The notes beneath the pieces are model-generated. The model had not been told where the DNA came from and searched no databases. It saw only the letters and a program-made list of their open reading frames with translations. Of a stretch of 64,000 nucleotides of DNA, positions 1 through 13,289 are shown one piece after another. Source of the DNA: Podarcis gaigeae (Eukaryota); the NCBI GenBank assembly GCA_964106915.2, contig OZ066919.1; one strand, given 5' to 3'. Numbering within the stretch: the first letter of the stretch is position 1; every line of letters begins with the position of its first letter. The position numbers were made by a program, and so were the translations under genes.

Positions 1-33
<33 letters not shown>
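1..33. repeat. (AC)n microsatellite
   Basis: Uninterrupted acac... run at the window start. Confidence 0.95.
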
Positions 34-35
<2 letters not shown>

Positions 36-795
36 TAAAAATCCATATTTGGACAATACCTTTATTAAACCAATAGCATATTAAGAGGAATTACTGTAGA
101 CGTAACCTGCAGGATGGGAGAGTTGTTCCTTTGCTGATAGTACTGTAAAGACAGGCTTTCCTTAAATAAGAGGTGCAGCTCAAGTTATTCTTTATAAATT
201 AGAAGAGCTTGCTTTATTCCAAAAAGTGAAGCATGGGTGCTGCAAGTCTGAGTTTAGAAAGGACTGACCACAAGGATTTAGGCATAGTATTCCCCAAGCT
301 CATACCCTCTCCTTCCCCTATCATGTACCTTGGGATATAACCTGAAGATAGCGTAAGTCTGTGCACTTCAATGAATAAATCTGTGCATAAGCTGGCTGGC
401 AGGTCTGTACCTGTAGCCTGATGCTTGCTTGTTATCAGAACAAGATATCAGTTTATCTTCTGACAAACTTAGAGAAGCGTATAAAGGCAAGGTCTCTTGG
501 TCTGTCCCAAAGCCACGGTCAGAGCCTGTTTCATAACAAGCAGATCTACAGAGCAATATCAGGTTTTCATTCTCAACTTTCTATTCACTGTCCAAAACTT
601 ACACAATATACCACCATTAACTAACTCCTTCCCTGTTTCCTTCACGCCTATTGCCTGAAAGTTGCAGATTCAATGGATTTTTATTCAGATGCAGGTTTCA
701 CTGAATTCAGCTGCGGTCTTACTCCCAAGTGCACATGCATGGAACTAAAAGTAATTAAAAGGCATTCTGCTCAACTCTTTGTTGGATTAGTTTAA

Positions 796-1202
796 GGTAA
801 AGGTAAGGTAAAGGTAAAGGACCCCTGAACGGTTAAGTCCAGTCAAAGGCAACTATGGGGTCTGGCACTCAGCTCACTTTTCAGGCCAATGGAGCTGGCA
901 TTTGTCCACATAAAGTTTTCCAGGTCATGTGACCAGCATTACTAAACTGCTTTGGCGCAATAGGACACCGTAACGGAAGCCAGAGCGCACGGAAACACCA
1001 TTTACCTTCCCGCTGCAGGGGAAGGTATTTATCTATTTGCCTATTTAACTATTTGCACTGGTGTGCTTTCGAACTGTTAGGTTGGCAGAAGCTGGGACAG
1101 AGCATCGGGAGCTCACCCCGTCACATGAATTTGAACCACCAACCTTCCGATCAGCAAGCCCAAGAGGCTCAGTGGTTTAGACCACAGCGCCACCCGCGTC
1201 CC
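796..1202 (-). mobile_element. Sauria SINE (Squam1), near full length
   Basis: Minus strand begins GGGACGCGGGTGGCGCTGTGGTCTAAACCAC and ends in (ACCTTT)n (ggtaaa repeats on +). Same family as 9061 and 34704. Confidence 0.9.
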
Positions 1203-1682
1203 TTGACTTACTGTACATGTTTGTGCTGATTGAAAAGTATTTTGTTTATGAAAGAGGAACATCCTACAATGCGATCTAAAAGCTGCTTTGCTGGCTGAAC
1301 TGTAAAAGGAAATTATGATTCAAGAGATTCCAGTCTCCGTCAACTTCCTCAGCTTTGCTGAGATCAGCTGTATAGCAGTGTCCCATGAAACTGCTTCCTC
1401 CATTTAAGCAGCAGCTCCTTTAGACAATTAAGGCAGGATGAAAATTATATTCCTACTTTTACTATTAAATTTCTAATAAAATAATAATAAATGCCTATTG
1501 GTTACTGCCAATGAGGAAAACGAGCTTAAGTTACAGGGCCTACGTGCAAACAATGGCTTGGTGTGCAGAACTAGTCTCCCTCTTTAAAACTCTTATCCAC
1601 ACTATATATTCACAACACATGTATATTCATAGCTTCCTTGTCTTTAAAATCATAGAACAGAATCATAGAGTTGGAAGGGACA

Positions 1683-1693
<11 letters not shown>

Positions 1694-1720
<27 letters not shown>
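1694..1720. repeat. (GT)n microsatellite
   Basis: gtgt... run preceded by (AT)n. Confidence 0.9.
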
Positions 1721-2925
1721 AGGACAATCCTATACATAATCATAAGCAAGTCCCATTCAGTTTAATAGGCTTTTCTCCCAATAAAGCATGCACAGGTTTG
1801 CAGTGCAACCCTATACATGATTACTCAGAAGTAAAGTTCAATTGAATTCAATGGCATTTACTCCCAAGTGATTATGACTTGCAGCCTCAGCCTCATCATT
1901 ATTCCTGGGGAGGTCCTTGAAACCAGCATGCTAGGATTCAAACTCATGTACAAAGCTAGCATATTAACCACTTGGTTACACTGATTCATTGTCCTGTGAA
2001 AATATGACATGGAAGCCTTTAAGAGGACAACCAGCAAAGAAAAGTACATGTTATTTTAAAAATGTCATTTGAATCTCATTTGATAAAGCATAATTAGCAC
2101 CTATATGATTTGAATTGTGCAGTTCAGTATACTAGCAGAGGCTGATGAGCAGACTCTTGGGCTGGGGTACTGTTATGGGGTTTGTTTTTTGGAGGGGGGT
2201 CTTGCTGCTGTTGTTGCCAGTTCTTTTGTGTTTTTATTTTAGTTCTTGTGATTTATGTGGAAATTATTCTGTATGGTTGTATATTTTTGAATGTTTTATT
2301 TATTGTTTATTACTACTTGTGTTATTTTGCAGTTCTGTATTTTTTTCATGTTGTAAGCTGCATGAGAATAGTTTAAAAACTGTGGAAATGTGGCATACAA
2401 ATAAAGTTATATATGCACTGTCTGTATACTATTCATTCCAGCTCTGCACTTTAGATAAGATACACATCAATCTAAACTTTAACCCGAGGCAAGTTATAAT
2501 ATATAATCAGTAACTTGATCAGTGGATGCCAGCAGTTTCATCCTATTTCACCTGACACAGAGGCAAATAAACCCAGTTTCAACTGCAGCTATAGTGCATA
2601 GATTGCAGAATTAAAACAGCACAGGCTATAATTGATTCTGTTTTGAAGACAAGTTATATGAATTTTTTCATTTATGATTTGGTCTAGACATCTCTCCTAA
2701 AATTATTATACAGTGCATGGTTTACAAAGTCTATCATATTACCAATATGGTTCAGGGTTGCTCTATATCTGTAAAATAGAAACAGGCTGATAGTGACTTA
2801 TCCAACACCACAAAGTTAGTCCAGTCTAAGATAGGAACTAAGTTCAGGACTCCTAGAAGCTAGTTTAACCCACCACCAGCCATGAGGCCACACTGGTTCA
2901 AACTGTTTGCTTTGGAAAGCAAGTA

Positions 2926-3151
2926 CAGTGGTACCTCGGGTTACATACGCTTCAGGTTACGGACTCCGCTAACCCAGAAATAGTGCTTCAGGTTAAGAAC
3001 TTTGCTTCAGGATAAGAACAGAAATCGTGCTCCGGTGGTGCGGCAGCAGCAGGGGGCCCCATTAACTAAAGTGGTGCTTCAGGTTAAGAACAGTTTCAGG
3101 TTAAGAACGGCCCTCCGGAACAAATTAAGTACTTAACCAGAGGTACCACTG
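2926..3151. mobile_element. Tc1/mariner (Tigger-like) MITE
   Basis: TIRs CAGTGGTACCTC...GAGGTACCACTG flanked by TA on both sides. Second copy at 36500. Confidence 0.88.
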
Positions 3152-4769
3152 TACAGTCCAGCAGATATAATAGTGGATTTAGAAGCGTTGACTTTAAATC
3201 ACTGCTGAGCAGACTTGAGCAAAGGGCACACAGGACTTTGGGCGGCAGGGGCAGGAACAGTACAGAAGCTGTCCAAAACAAAATTACCAGCTGACCGTAT
3301 TACACGTAATAGTTGATTCACACACTATTACTGATGTGACAGTATCTTCTAAAACATATGAGCTACAGTCTAGTTTGGGGTTAGGGAAAAGACATTCTGT
3401 GAGAATGCACACAGCTCTGTCCTGCAAGCGAGGGGAATAGGGGTCCAGGGGGTGCTGTTGCCTCCCCACCCCAAAACTCAATTATCAGCATATTTGTACT
3501 CTGAGCAACAATCCTATGCACACCCAATTTCTGCTATCATTACATACGCAGGAGAAAACTACAAGTCTAATTAGTTTACACAGTAATCCCAGAAAAAAAT
3601 GCCCTCTGGTTTTAGTTAGCTTTCTTCTAGACAAATTTATTATTAGCATAAAACCTACAAAACTTTTCCTTTAAACACTCTGTTAAATGGTTTCTGAATC
3701 AGGTTAAATTGTGAATATGATCAACCAGAGCGATTTAGTTTTTTTAATTTAAATATAAAGAAACCAAGTACAAATTGAGGCAGTCTGAATAATTGAGACA
3801 GCGAAATAATTAAGAGAACTTGCTCAAGCAAATCTTCAGGGAATCCCTTAGCACCTCAACTTGCCATAGTGCCAATTGTTACACCACACTCCTAGCTACT
3901 GGATGCTTGTCATTTGCCTTGAGGTTTATTGCAACCACTCGCAACAGAAATGCATGGGGAGTGGGTGGATGCTGGCAAGTGAGCAGAGTTTTGCCCAGAG
4001 GCATGTGATACAAAATGCAGGCTCCCTGCATTTTGGTAGAGAATCCCCCAACTATGTTACTGTACCTCCATTTCAAAATTAAAAAGGCATTGCATTCAAC
4101 CCACAAACATTAGTAGTTTAACCTTTTCTGTTTCTCCAAAAAAATATATGGTTTGCCCATGCATACATTATTGACAGACATTACCAAGGATTTCTAAACA
4201 GGACTACCAAGGGGTAAACTAAGCTACTCCGGGGTGGTGCGTGCTCAGTGGTAGTAATCTCCAGGAAGAGTGGTTACAGCACCCATAATTAAATATCTGT
4301 TAAGTGTGGAAGCAACTGGATTTTGATACGCAGTCGCTGCAAAGTACACTACAGACACGGTTGTACTGGTGTGAATACATGCATCGCTTGCCATAGTTCT
4401 TAATGCGGCCAGATATTTCTACACCTTCACGGGGGGGGGGGGGTGGACCCACAGCTTTCAATGGGACTTATTTCCAAACAAATACTGTATACGTAACTCC
4501 TATGAACACTTAGTTGGAAAGAAGACCATGTGGAACTCACTTCAATGCAAACACGTGTAGTTTCACTTGCCACGCATAATACCACGTTGCGCTTAATGCA
4601 CGTTAGAGGTACACGTTGTTTTCCCACCTCCCTCCTTCTTTTAACAATTTTTCCATCCCCTAGCCTAGCCCACCAAAAGGGGAGGGGAATCAAAATAAAA
4701 AAGCAGAGCCTCAGGGACAGGAGCGATTCCTCTATTTTATACCCCACCTCCTGATTATACACGAATCTG

Positions 4770-5000
4770 ACTGACGCCAATCAAGTCAGGCAAAGCAAGA
4801 GATTAGCTAACCAAGGGAAACTCACAACCAGTTTGCCGCGCGCCGCGTCCTCGAGCGCTCCCTTCCCTCACCGCAGTTCAAAATACTGTACACCGACAAC
4901 TCCCCCGGCCTCCAACTTCCACGTTTCCGTTTCCGGGTTTGATATGTAACCGTATACTCCTCACTTTTCAACATTTTCCAGCTCACGTGGGTGCGATGCG
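4770..5000 (-). promoter_or_regulatory. CpG-rich promoter and non-coding first exon of a minus-strand gene leaving the window (probably AKR1A1 by synteny)
   Basis: CpG cluster, tandem ETS-like (C/A)CGGAAA at 4924-4936, E-box CACGTG at 4984, minus-strand donors GCG|GTGAGG (4871) and GTT|GTGAGT (4825). No coding exon was recognised, so the identity is inferred from AKR1A1 lying head-to-head with PRDX1 in human. Confidence 0.55.
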
Positions 5001-5504
5001 TTAACAGTTATTGCTCTGTATTCCACCTCTTTCGGAAAGGCTTTGGTAGAATTAAATCGTTTCCATTACAATCTGGCAGAAAGCTTTACTGAATAAAGTT
5101 TTAGGTATACTGTATTATCTACGACAGTTGGGGTGGACTTGCCTGATCATGCTGCAACCAGAGTATGATAAAAGGGCAGGATCCCAGGATTGCCTAATCT
5201 CAGTCAAAGCTAGAAAGATGTTCATAATTAGATAAGGAATGTGGCGAAAGCTACTACCAGGATTGTCAGTGGTAGCAATAACAAACAATGCCAAAAGGTA
5301 TCTTTACTCCTGCCTGACTCCATTTGCAGCAATTCATTTACACGGGATAAATGTGCACTCAAGGGCATGATGAGACCGGGACTAAAAGCCTAAATGCCTG
5401 CCTCTGATAGCTTCAGTTTCTTTCAGATTTGCTGATTGCAACCTGTCTGTTCCATATAACTCAATAAAGAAAACAGAACATTTCCTTGTCTTAATAGTTA
5501 CACC

Positions 5505-5652
5505 CAGTGCTTTTTTTCTTTAAAAAAACAGTTTAGGGATACTCACATTCTCATACTCATTTTGAAATACTGCCCCTCAATGAGGCCAAACTTAGATTCG
5601 CAAAATGTTTGGGGGTATGTGTACCCCTGCATCCCCCCAGAAAAAAACATTG
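5505..5652. mobile_element. hAT-type MITE
   Basis: TIR-like CAGTGCTTTTTTT / AAAAAAACATTG with a perfect 8-bp TSD GTTACACC (5497-5504, 5653-5660). Confidence 0.8.
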
Positions 5653-8600
5653 GTTACACCCCTTTATCTGCACATACCCCACCTTATATTCTACTTCCAG
5701 TCATGCTTGAATCCACTCGCTCGAAAGCACTCACATCCTTTTATTAATGGTAAAGCAGTTTGTGGAGCTTGAAGTGTGTAGTCCTGTCATGGCCCCACTA
5801 CCACCTCACATACATATGTGCGCAGTAGAGCTCCTGTTCTATCCATGGTTTTGGGGATCCTACACACACACACACACCAGGCTGTGTAAATACATATGTC
5901 AGTATATGCCAAGGGCTCTTCACGTGAATGCAAAAATGCATAGCTGACAGTGAATTGAGCTACACAGTGCTGACGCTGCGTCTCCCACATGCATTATTTC
6001 GATGTGTGAATGGGCTGAAGTGACACATCTCTCCTCCCCAGTATGACAAATAAATAAAATTTATTAAGTGTTTGTAAAATACAAACATTTCTTCCTTATC
6101 TTCTCCACCTATCATAATAATAGGCATTGTTTTAGTCATAATTGCACAATGTGGCAAGGAGTGAGATCCCTTGGCAATGGAGGCTGGGTCTAGTCTCTGG
6201 AGCAGGCATGTTTTGCCTTCCCTACACAATTGTTTTAAAATGCAGCACTTTACCTTTCTCCACAGGTGTGAATAGAAATCATTCATTTATATACTTTATA
6301 CAGGTAGCCAGATGCAAGAGGATAGGACTCCTGCACCTAAGAGTTGTGTGGATAAAGGAATTTCAGCAGACACCAGGCCTCATTTACGTAGATGGATTGG
6401 AGATCAAGAATGCAGTACCAACCATGCCTACTCAGAAGTAAACCCTACTATATTCAGCGTGGACTTGCTACCAGGTAAATGGAGTTAGGATTGCAGTCTC
6501 AATCTGCTACTTGCTTCTGAGAAACTCAGCCATTGATAATCAAGTCTATATTTGTCCCCATACCCACTGCCTTGCAGGACATCTTAGGGAGAAGATAAGG
6601 CTAAGAATTAAACTACACAAATCTGGATTGGAATCCCTAAAATGGCTGGATGGCATCCTGTACAACTCCTTCCAGCAGCTCCTGCAGTCAAGCTGGTGCC
6701 CAATGTATTGCCCTGCTTTCCTTTGGATCACATCAGCAAGGCCAAGAAGTGGCGCTTGTCATCTGGGCAGGGCCAGATTAAGAGTTTTAGAGGCCCTAAG
6801 CACTTAAAATCTTTTGGTGCCCCCATATATATGCAATTCAAAATATAAACCATAATAAATTGTAAAAAAGTTAGAAACACTGTATCTTGGTATACAGTAA
6901 TTCTTATTATGAATGTAGTTCCTGTGACCCTTCATGAACTCCCACTGAAGAGATTATATGGCTCACATGAGTAGACCACTGGCATATGAAGTAATTTAAG
7001 GAGATAAATCATGTGCAGTAACACCTGCATTCCTCTCCCCCCACCCCGAACCTGTTGTAACATTAAGTAGAGTGAGGAAGCAGCCTCAGACAGATGATAT
7101 TGCATGTCATTAAAGAGTAGCAAATTTTTAGCCATTTAATGTATTGTTATTGTATTTTTACTGCAAGGGAGAAGTACTACATGTGGGATTTTCTGCCTCT
7201 GGTGTCAAAATAACTTGGCCAGCCTTAGGGATTGGGTGGTGGTAGTGTTTTTTGATTTGCTTTTTGCATCAGGCAGCAAAAACTATTGTACCAGCTCCGG
7301 TTCTTTCACTTAGTTAAAAAAAATTCCAGATTGTTTTCTAGATCTCCCTAATTTATACTTTTAATGGATAGTTTCTAGACCTCTTTAGATTATGAATTTA
7401 CACAGAGAGATATTATATAATTTACATTTATGAATAAATACATGAATGCATTATTTCCTTTTGTATAGGGAGTTGGTAATATGTAAGACATTCCTTACTA
7501 TTTTGCACACTTGTACATGTGGCTTGGACTTTAGACATTAATTCTGCTGTTATTGATTAATCCATCATTCCTTTCCCCCCTCGGATTAGCATTTTATAGT
7601 CGTGAATTTCAGATACACTATTCAAATCATATAAAATAAAGTTAAACATAAACCAAAAAGATAAGAATCCTGTATAATATTATGCTTTTAAAAGAATTAA
7701 ACACTGAGTTTCAGATCATTATTCTTGCAACACAATCCATAAAAAAATCAAAGTGGATCAGTTCAATCATCCTTCCAATATAGCACAGTGTTTCAATACT
7801 AACCTTGGTTACCCAGTAAGCCTCAATGAGTTCAAACCTACTTGGAATTGTGCATTGAACTTTTTGTGTGTCTTACATCTGAGTATACATTTATTGAATT
7901 AGTTTGTCCATCTCGTTTTTCCTCCTCCTGGATTGTATAATCACCAGTCTTGAGTGTCGTTATTCCATAATATGTACTAATTCAAACTGTTTATTTTTTA
8001 CAATAATGTTATAGCAGCATGTATCTGAGAAGTAGCATAGCATTAAAACTGAAATATTGTTTCAATAAATGTTTTAAAAATGGAAACACTGACATGCATT
8101 TAAAGGCAACTGGGACTTGGGGCAGGTGTTATTTGCCTCTGAAATGATTCATTATTCCTCTCTCAGTCGACCTTTGTGATTACTGTAGTCATTTGGCCCA
8201 AATCCATACATCTCAGAGGTACAGAAACAAATCCCCATTTGGCTTCTCACATGATTACTTCTCCACAGTGTTATCTGTCTCTTGGAATCAAAGTCAAAAA
8301 GAAATATCCCAGAGGAAAGGAACAGAAAAGTTGCATAAGGAAGAAAGTTGAGCAGAGAGAAAATAAAGCAACAATAAATACCTGAGTTGAAGAGAACAGA
8401 TGAATAAGTTATTTGAAGTAGCATGTATGAGCCACTGACAAGATAATGGCTCATGTGAATAAGACTAACTAATAAATAGCAGAGGTTTTAAAATAATTAA
8501 CCTTAAAATAGGAAAAATAGATTATCCAGTAACATGCCACCTCCCTGGTTACAAGGAAATATGGCACTGGTATCTTGCAAACACTGTTGATAATGTTGTT

Positions 8601-9060
8601 TTTGGCTGAATCAACAAAATACCGAGTTTCTGTTTGCTTGCAGTTACAGCTTAAGTGACTGAAAATGTGGCTTTATTTGGTCTTGCAGGATAATGTGCAC
8701 ATCAATGGTTAATAATAGTATATGCCTCTGAGCGTAAAGTAACATTCTCTCACCAGTAACAGCCCAAGAGTAATATAGGATTATGAACAAATCCACATTC
8801 AGGCAACTCCCATTTTATAAAACCTGTTTGAACAGAACTATTGGGTATTCAGTGTTGTAATTCCAGCAGAAAACTGACTTAAAGCAATTTTATTGAATTT
8901 TATACTACTTACAATCAGTGCATTTTCTATTAAAAAATTAGGTGCTAATTTTAAAATTTGGCTTTGTACTGTAATTCGGAATTTATGTGATGTGATGCGA
9001 TTTGATTTGATTGATCGGTTAATTAAAATTATTTTTTTTTAAAGGTGCTAGTACTACTAT

Positions 9061-9390
9061 GGGGATGTGGGTGGCGCTGTGGGTTAAACCACAGAACCTA
9101 GGACTTGCCAATCAGAAGGTTGGCGGTTCGAATCCCCGCGACGGGGTGAGCTCCTGTTGCTTGGTCCCTGCTCCTGCCAACCTAGCAGTTCGAAAGCACA
9201 TCAAAGTGCAAGTAGGAAGGTAAGTGGTGTTTCCGTGTGCTGCTCTGGTTCGCCAGAAGCGGCTTAGTCATGCTGGCCACATGACCCAGAAGCTGTACGC
9301 TGGCTCCCTTGGCCAATAAAGCGAGATGAGCGCCGCAACCCCAGAGTCATTCACGACTGGACCCACCTGTCAGGGGTCCCTTTGCCCTTA
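9061..9390 (+). mobile_element. Sauria SINE
   Basis: Head GGGGATGTGGGTGGCGCTGTGGGTTAAACCAC, B-box GGTTCGAATCC, 3' CAGGGGTCCCTTT. Confidence 0.9.
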
Positions 9391-10003
9391 CTACTCATAT
9401 TGTTAACAGTGTGTTGTCTGGGATGCTTGGACACAAAATGGATAATTTTGTGTATGAATGCTGCTTGTATTCAGGATTTACGGGCCATTGTTTTTTGCTT
9501 TATGTGGAACAGCAATTTTGAGTTCATTATAGAGGAAGATGGGAGACTGTAGGTAGCTATTGTTAGTCATGTTGATTATATATCACTTACAGGTTCATTA
9601 GTACCTTGATACTTCAGCTCTAGAGCAACAAAGGCAGAGGGATGTGTTTTCACCTTCTGCTTTTGGCCTCCCAGGGCACACCTGATTGTGCATTGTGGGA
9701 ACATGATACTGGACAGGCCTTTGGTATGATCCTTAAATAAATATCTTATGGCTATTCCTATGTCAGCAAGGAACCGGAGTTCAGTTGTAAATTGTATGGC
9801 AGGAACCCAACTAGTCTGAAGCAATGTACATGTCTACACTGAAAACTAAAGTTGTGAAATGAAGGATCCCAGGAATGAATAGAATCCATGAGGTTTCCAC
9901 ATTTTTACAACAAAGGGACGTGATAGTTTAAATGCCAACGTGTCACATCTATTTGAAAACGGAATTCCTTATGTGACCCAAGTTTTGCTCAAGCACCATC
10001 GTC

Positions 10004-10620
10004 GTGACCGAGCTGTGGTGTTAACTGGGCAAATCCCAAAGTCCTTCCCTTTCACACAGCAAACTGTCTATTCCACATGACTTTGCATTTTCAATTCAGA
10101 TCGGTTGCACAACACGGTTTCAGTGAAACGACTGCAACCACCTTCGCCGCCGCTTTGTAGTCATGCATGGTTTGCATCACCCATAAAACCCGAGTCTAAT
10201 GCAACCATTACTCTGAAGATGGAATTCACATTTCTTCCCTTCCCCACGCGATTTGTCGAAGGGGAGGGGGCACCTTTCCCCAAAAAACTATCAAGATCTG
10301 TGCAGTACAGTTGGCCCTGATTCCCACCCACCCACCAGCTACAAAAAACAACAACACCCGATTCTAAAACAAGCACCACCAAAAGTTATGCTGGCGAATA
10401 AAAAGCCGCAAAATGCAAAGTCATGCTGGCGCAGCAGCTACGCCAGAAAGCAGGAGAGCCGGGAAGGAGGCGCCAACCGACAAGTTCTTCGGCTTCGTGC
10501 TCTCGCGAGAGTTGAGAAGGTATAAAACAGAAGGGGCACTGCCTGCAGGGCTGGATCTTTTTTTGTTTCGAGCCGGGAGCGGCAAGAGGATATTTGAGGA
10601 AGCGGGTAATTTCGCATTAG
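10004..10620 (+). promoter_or_regulatory. PRDX1: PRDX1 promoter and non-coding exon 1
   Basis: CpG island. ARE-consensus motifs at 10004, 10077 and 10414(-). TCTCGCGAGA palindrome 10501-10510, TATAAAA 10521-10527, pyrimidine-rich start region ~10557, donor candidates GG|GTAATT (10606) or AG|GTAAAA (10621). Confidence 0.75.
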
Positions 10621-12684
10621 GTAAAACATACCTCCCTCTCCGCGGTCCAAAATGAGAATCTGGGCCAGGGCAGGGCTGGCCTGCAGTTCGTACAGGTTTT
10701 GTTCGTTTGCTGTAATAGAATGTGCTTCCTAATAGTATTTGAGATCTGCTGTTTTGTGTGTCAAATTAATTGTAGACGGTTTCCTGATGGAGATCTGTGT
10801 GTGTAACTTAGCTGGGCTTTACTCCCCGGCGCCTGGTAGCCCAACAGGTGGAGGGAGAGCGGAGCTGAGTTCAGTTTCCTGCCTTGGTCGAGCTTCGGGT
10901 CGTTTTTCTTCGCCTCGGTTTCCTGGCGCAACAAAAGATCCCGGTTTAAAGAGGCTCGGAAGTCGGAAAGTGCAGCCTGCAGGGTGGGGAAAAGCTCTGG
11001 GTGCGATCGACGCCTGAGCTATTAAGTGAAATTGCGCTATTAAGTCAATGAACTTCAAAGGACGTCGCGGTTCTCGCTGCTGTTGGGTTGGCCGCCGGCT
11101 CCTTCCGCTGGTCGTTTCAATGGGCTGATGGTGGGATTGGTTGGGGGTGAAGCTGCATTTATCTTGGTAGGGAGAGAAGTTGGGATGCTTTGACACAAAA
11201 TAGGGAATTTGGGAGTTGGAAGGCTGCTGCCTCCGCGGCTTAGGGGCCGTTGTCTTGTGTTCCACGAGAGGTGGCAGTTTTTAAATGTAATTATAGAGTA
11301 AGGTCGAGATTGTAGCCCTGGGCTCAGGTACCTGAAAAGGTGCTACTGAGCTCCATGGAATTTAGCGAATGAACATGACGCACAGTGTGCAAGAGAGTTG
11401 AAATGGGCGAAGGCTAGCTAGTTATGAACGAGTTTCCTCTTATCGGTTTCATTTCCATACTATTGCGTAATGGAAAACTAAACCGTTTAAAGTTAACTGC
11501 ACTGATTTGAATAGTGTTACTATTATTTTTGGCATATTGGGGGTTAAGATGATCATCTGGAACTCTGATTTGTGCACCGTTGCCTGTTTTGGGATGTATT
11601 AAGTTTATACTTGGAATACTTCTAGTGCATTACACAGCTAATCTCAAGGCTTACTTTTAAAATAACGCAGCTGCTATTTTCTTGTGCTAACGCCAAGTTG
11701 TATGGGGAACAGTGTTAGAAACTAAGATATGAAAGCTCAGAGCTAAATGGCGCCTTAAACCTAGGTTATAGGCGCAACAACGGAATGTTTAGGCTCACTT
11801 TTTTATAACAAGAATACAAAGCTGAAAATGAATGAACTGCAGCTAAACTATTATGTTCATTTTTCACATGGTCTAGTCCTTCCCCTAATATTCTTAAGAG
11901 GGTCTCTTCTCCAGTTTTCAGAGAGTAGCTAGAAGTGGAGAGGCAGAAAAAGGTCCTCCTTTCCTTCCACTCTGAATTTTTATTCTGAAATCTTAGGTGC
12001 AGTACTGCGCCCAGAGCTCAGAAACTGCTTAACCTAATGAAATTCCCTGTCACAAAATGCACCTAGAACAATAGGAGTTTCGAACACTGATGGGGAGCTA
12101 CTAAAGGCACTGAAATGTATTGTGGTTTAAAATTCCTTTTTATTTTTTTAGCCCAAGGGCTGTACACACTTTCAGATACATGTGCATGCACTCACAGAGT
12201 CAGACAACCTTCCTTATGCAGCTGATCCAGGCAGATCACCTGAAGCGGAATTATTACTCCTCATGTGGTTATCAGATTGCTCCTTTGGGAACTGTTTGCA
12301 GCCATCCTTATTAAATATGCTTAGAATGCATATTTCACATTACCTTTAATTTTATATTTTTAATAGTTTTGCATTTTATTATATACTTATTGTATACCGC
12401 CTTGATACTTTAGCAGATGGTGGTATATAAATACTTTTATAATTTTAGTCTAGAGGGTACAGTTTTCCACTCCCCAAACCAGTTCTGCATCTAATATTTT
12501 TTTCATTTTGCCCCTGCTGCCCTATGGGTGATGGTGGGAAGGGGAAAAATGCTTGTGGGAGGGTTGGATTAGGCCCTAAACTGGAGAATAGCCACTCTTG
12601 TTCTACATAATGCTGTTAAGTTTCATGTTCCTATTGTTAGTATAGATTATTCCTTGTAGTGTCTCTTGTTGGACAGTGGAACAG

Positions 12685-12850
12685 ACTTTCTTGGGAGGTT
12701 GTGGACTCTCCTTCCTTGGAGGTTTTGAAGTGGAGGTTGGATGCCCATCTGTCATGGATGCTTTAGCTGAGATTCCTGCATTGCAGGGGGTTGGACTAGA
12801 TGACCCTTGAGGGTCTCTGGCAACTCAACAGTTCTGTGAATCTATGAATA
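12685..12850 (+). mobile_element. CR1 LINE 3' fragment
   Basis: Typical CR1 3' end: ...GGACTCTCCTTCCTTGGAGG...GGGTTGGACTAGATGACCCTT...TTCTGTGAATCTATGA. Confidence 0.75.
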
Positions 12851-13289
12851 AAACAAAATTGATACATTTACACTTGACTGAGTGCTTCCCTCAGTATCTT
12901 TCCAGTTTGCTGAAAGATGGCAGGATGTACACATCTAATCTTTTTCTGCTCTGTTGAGACAATTAATGTTGGCATTTAAAGGTGATTGGTATGTACTCTT
13001 GAGTCTTATTAGATCTTTAAAACTATGCTAATGCAGTGTGATGCTTGGCTGCAATCACAGTAGAAAATTTGGTTGTGTTAAGGTTCAGATATTTAAAATT
13101 ATGTGGCAACATAAACTTAGTTGAATCACATATTTTAAAATGAATTTCTGGCTGCATGCGTGATGGCATTTGGCCTTGCTCATCATTATTTATGCAAACC
13201 TTTGGCAGAGGGGCCCTATGACTCCTATTGCGACTTCATACTCTGCAGTTCAACTTTGGTGGGTGGGGCCACTTTCCTTTGCCTATGTA

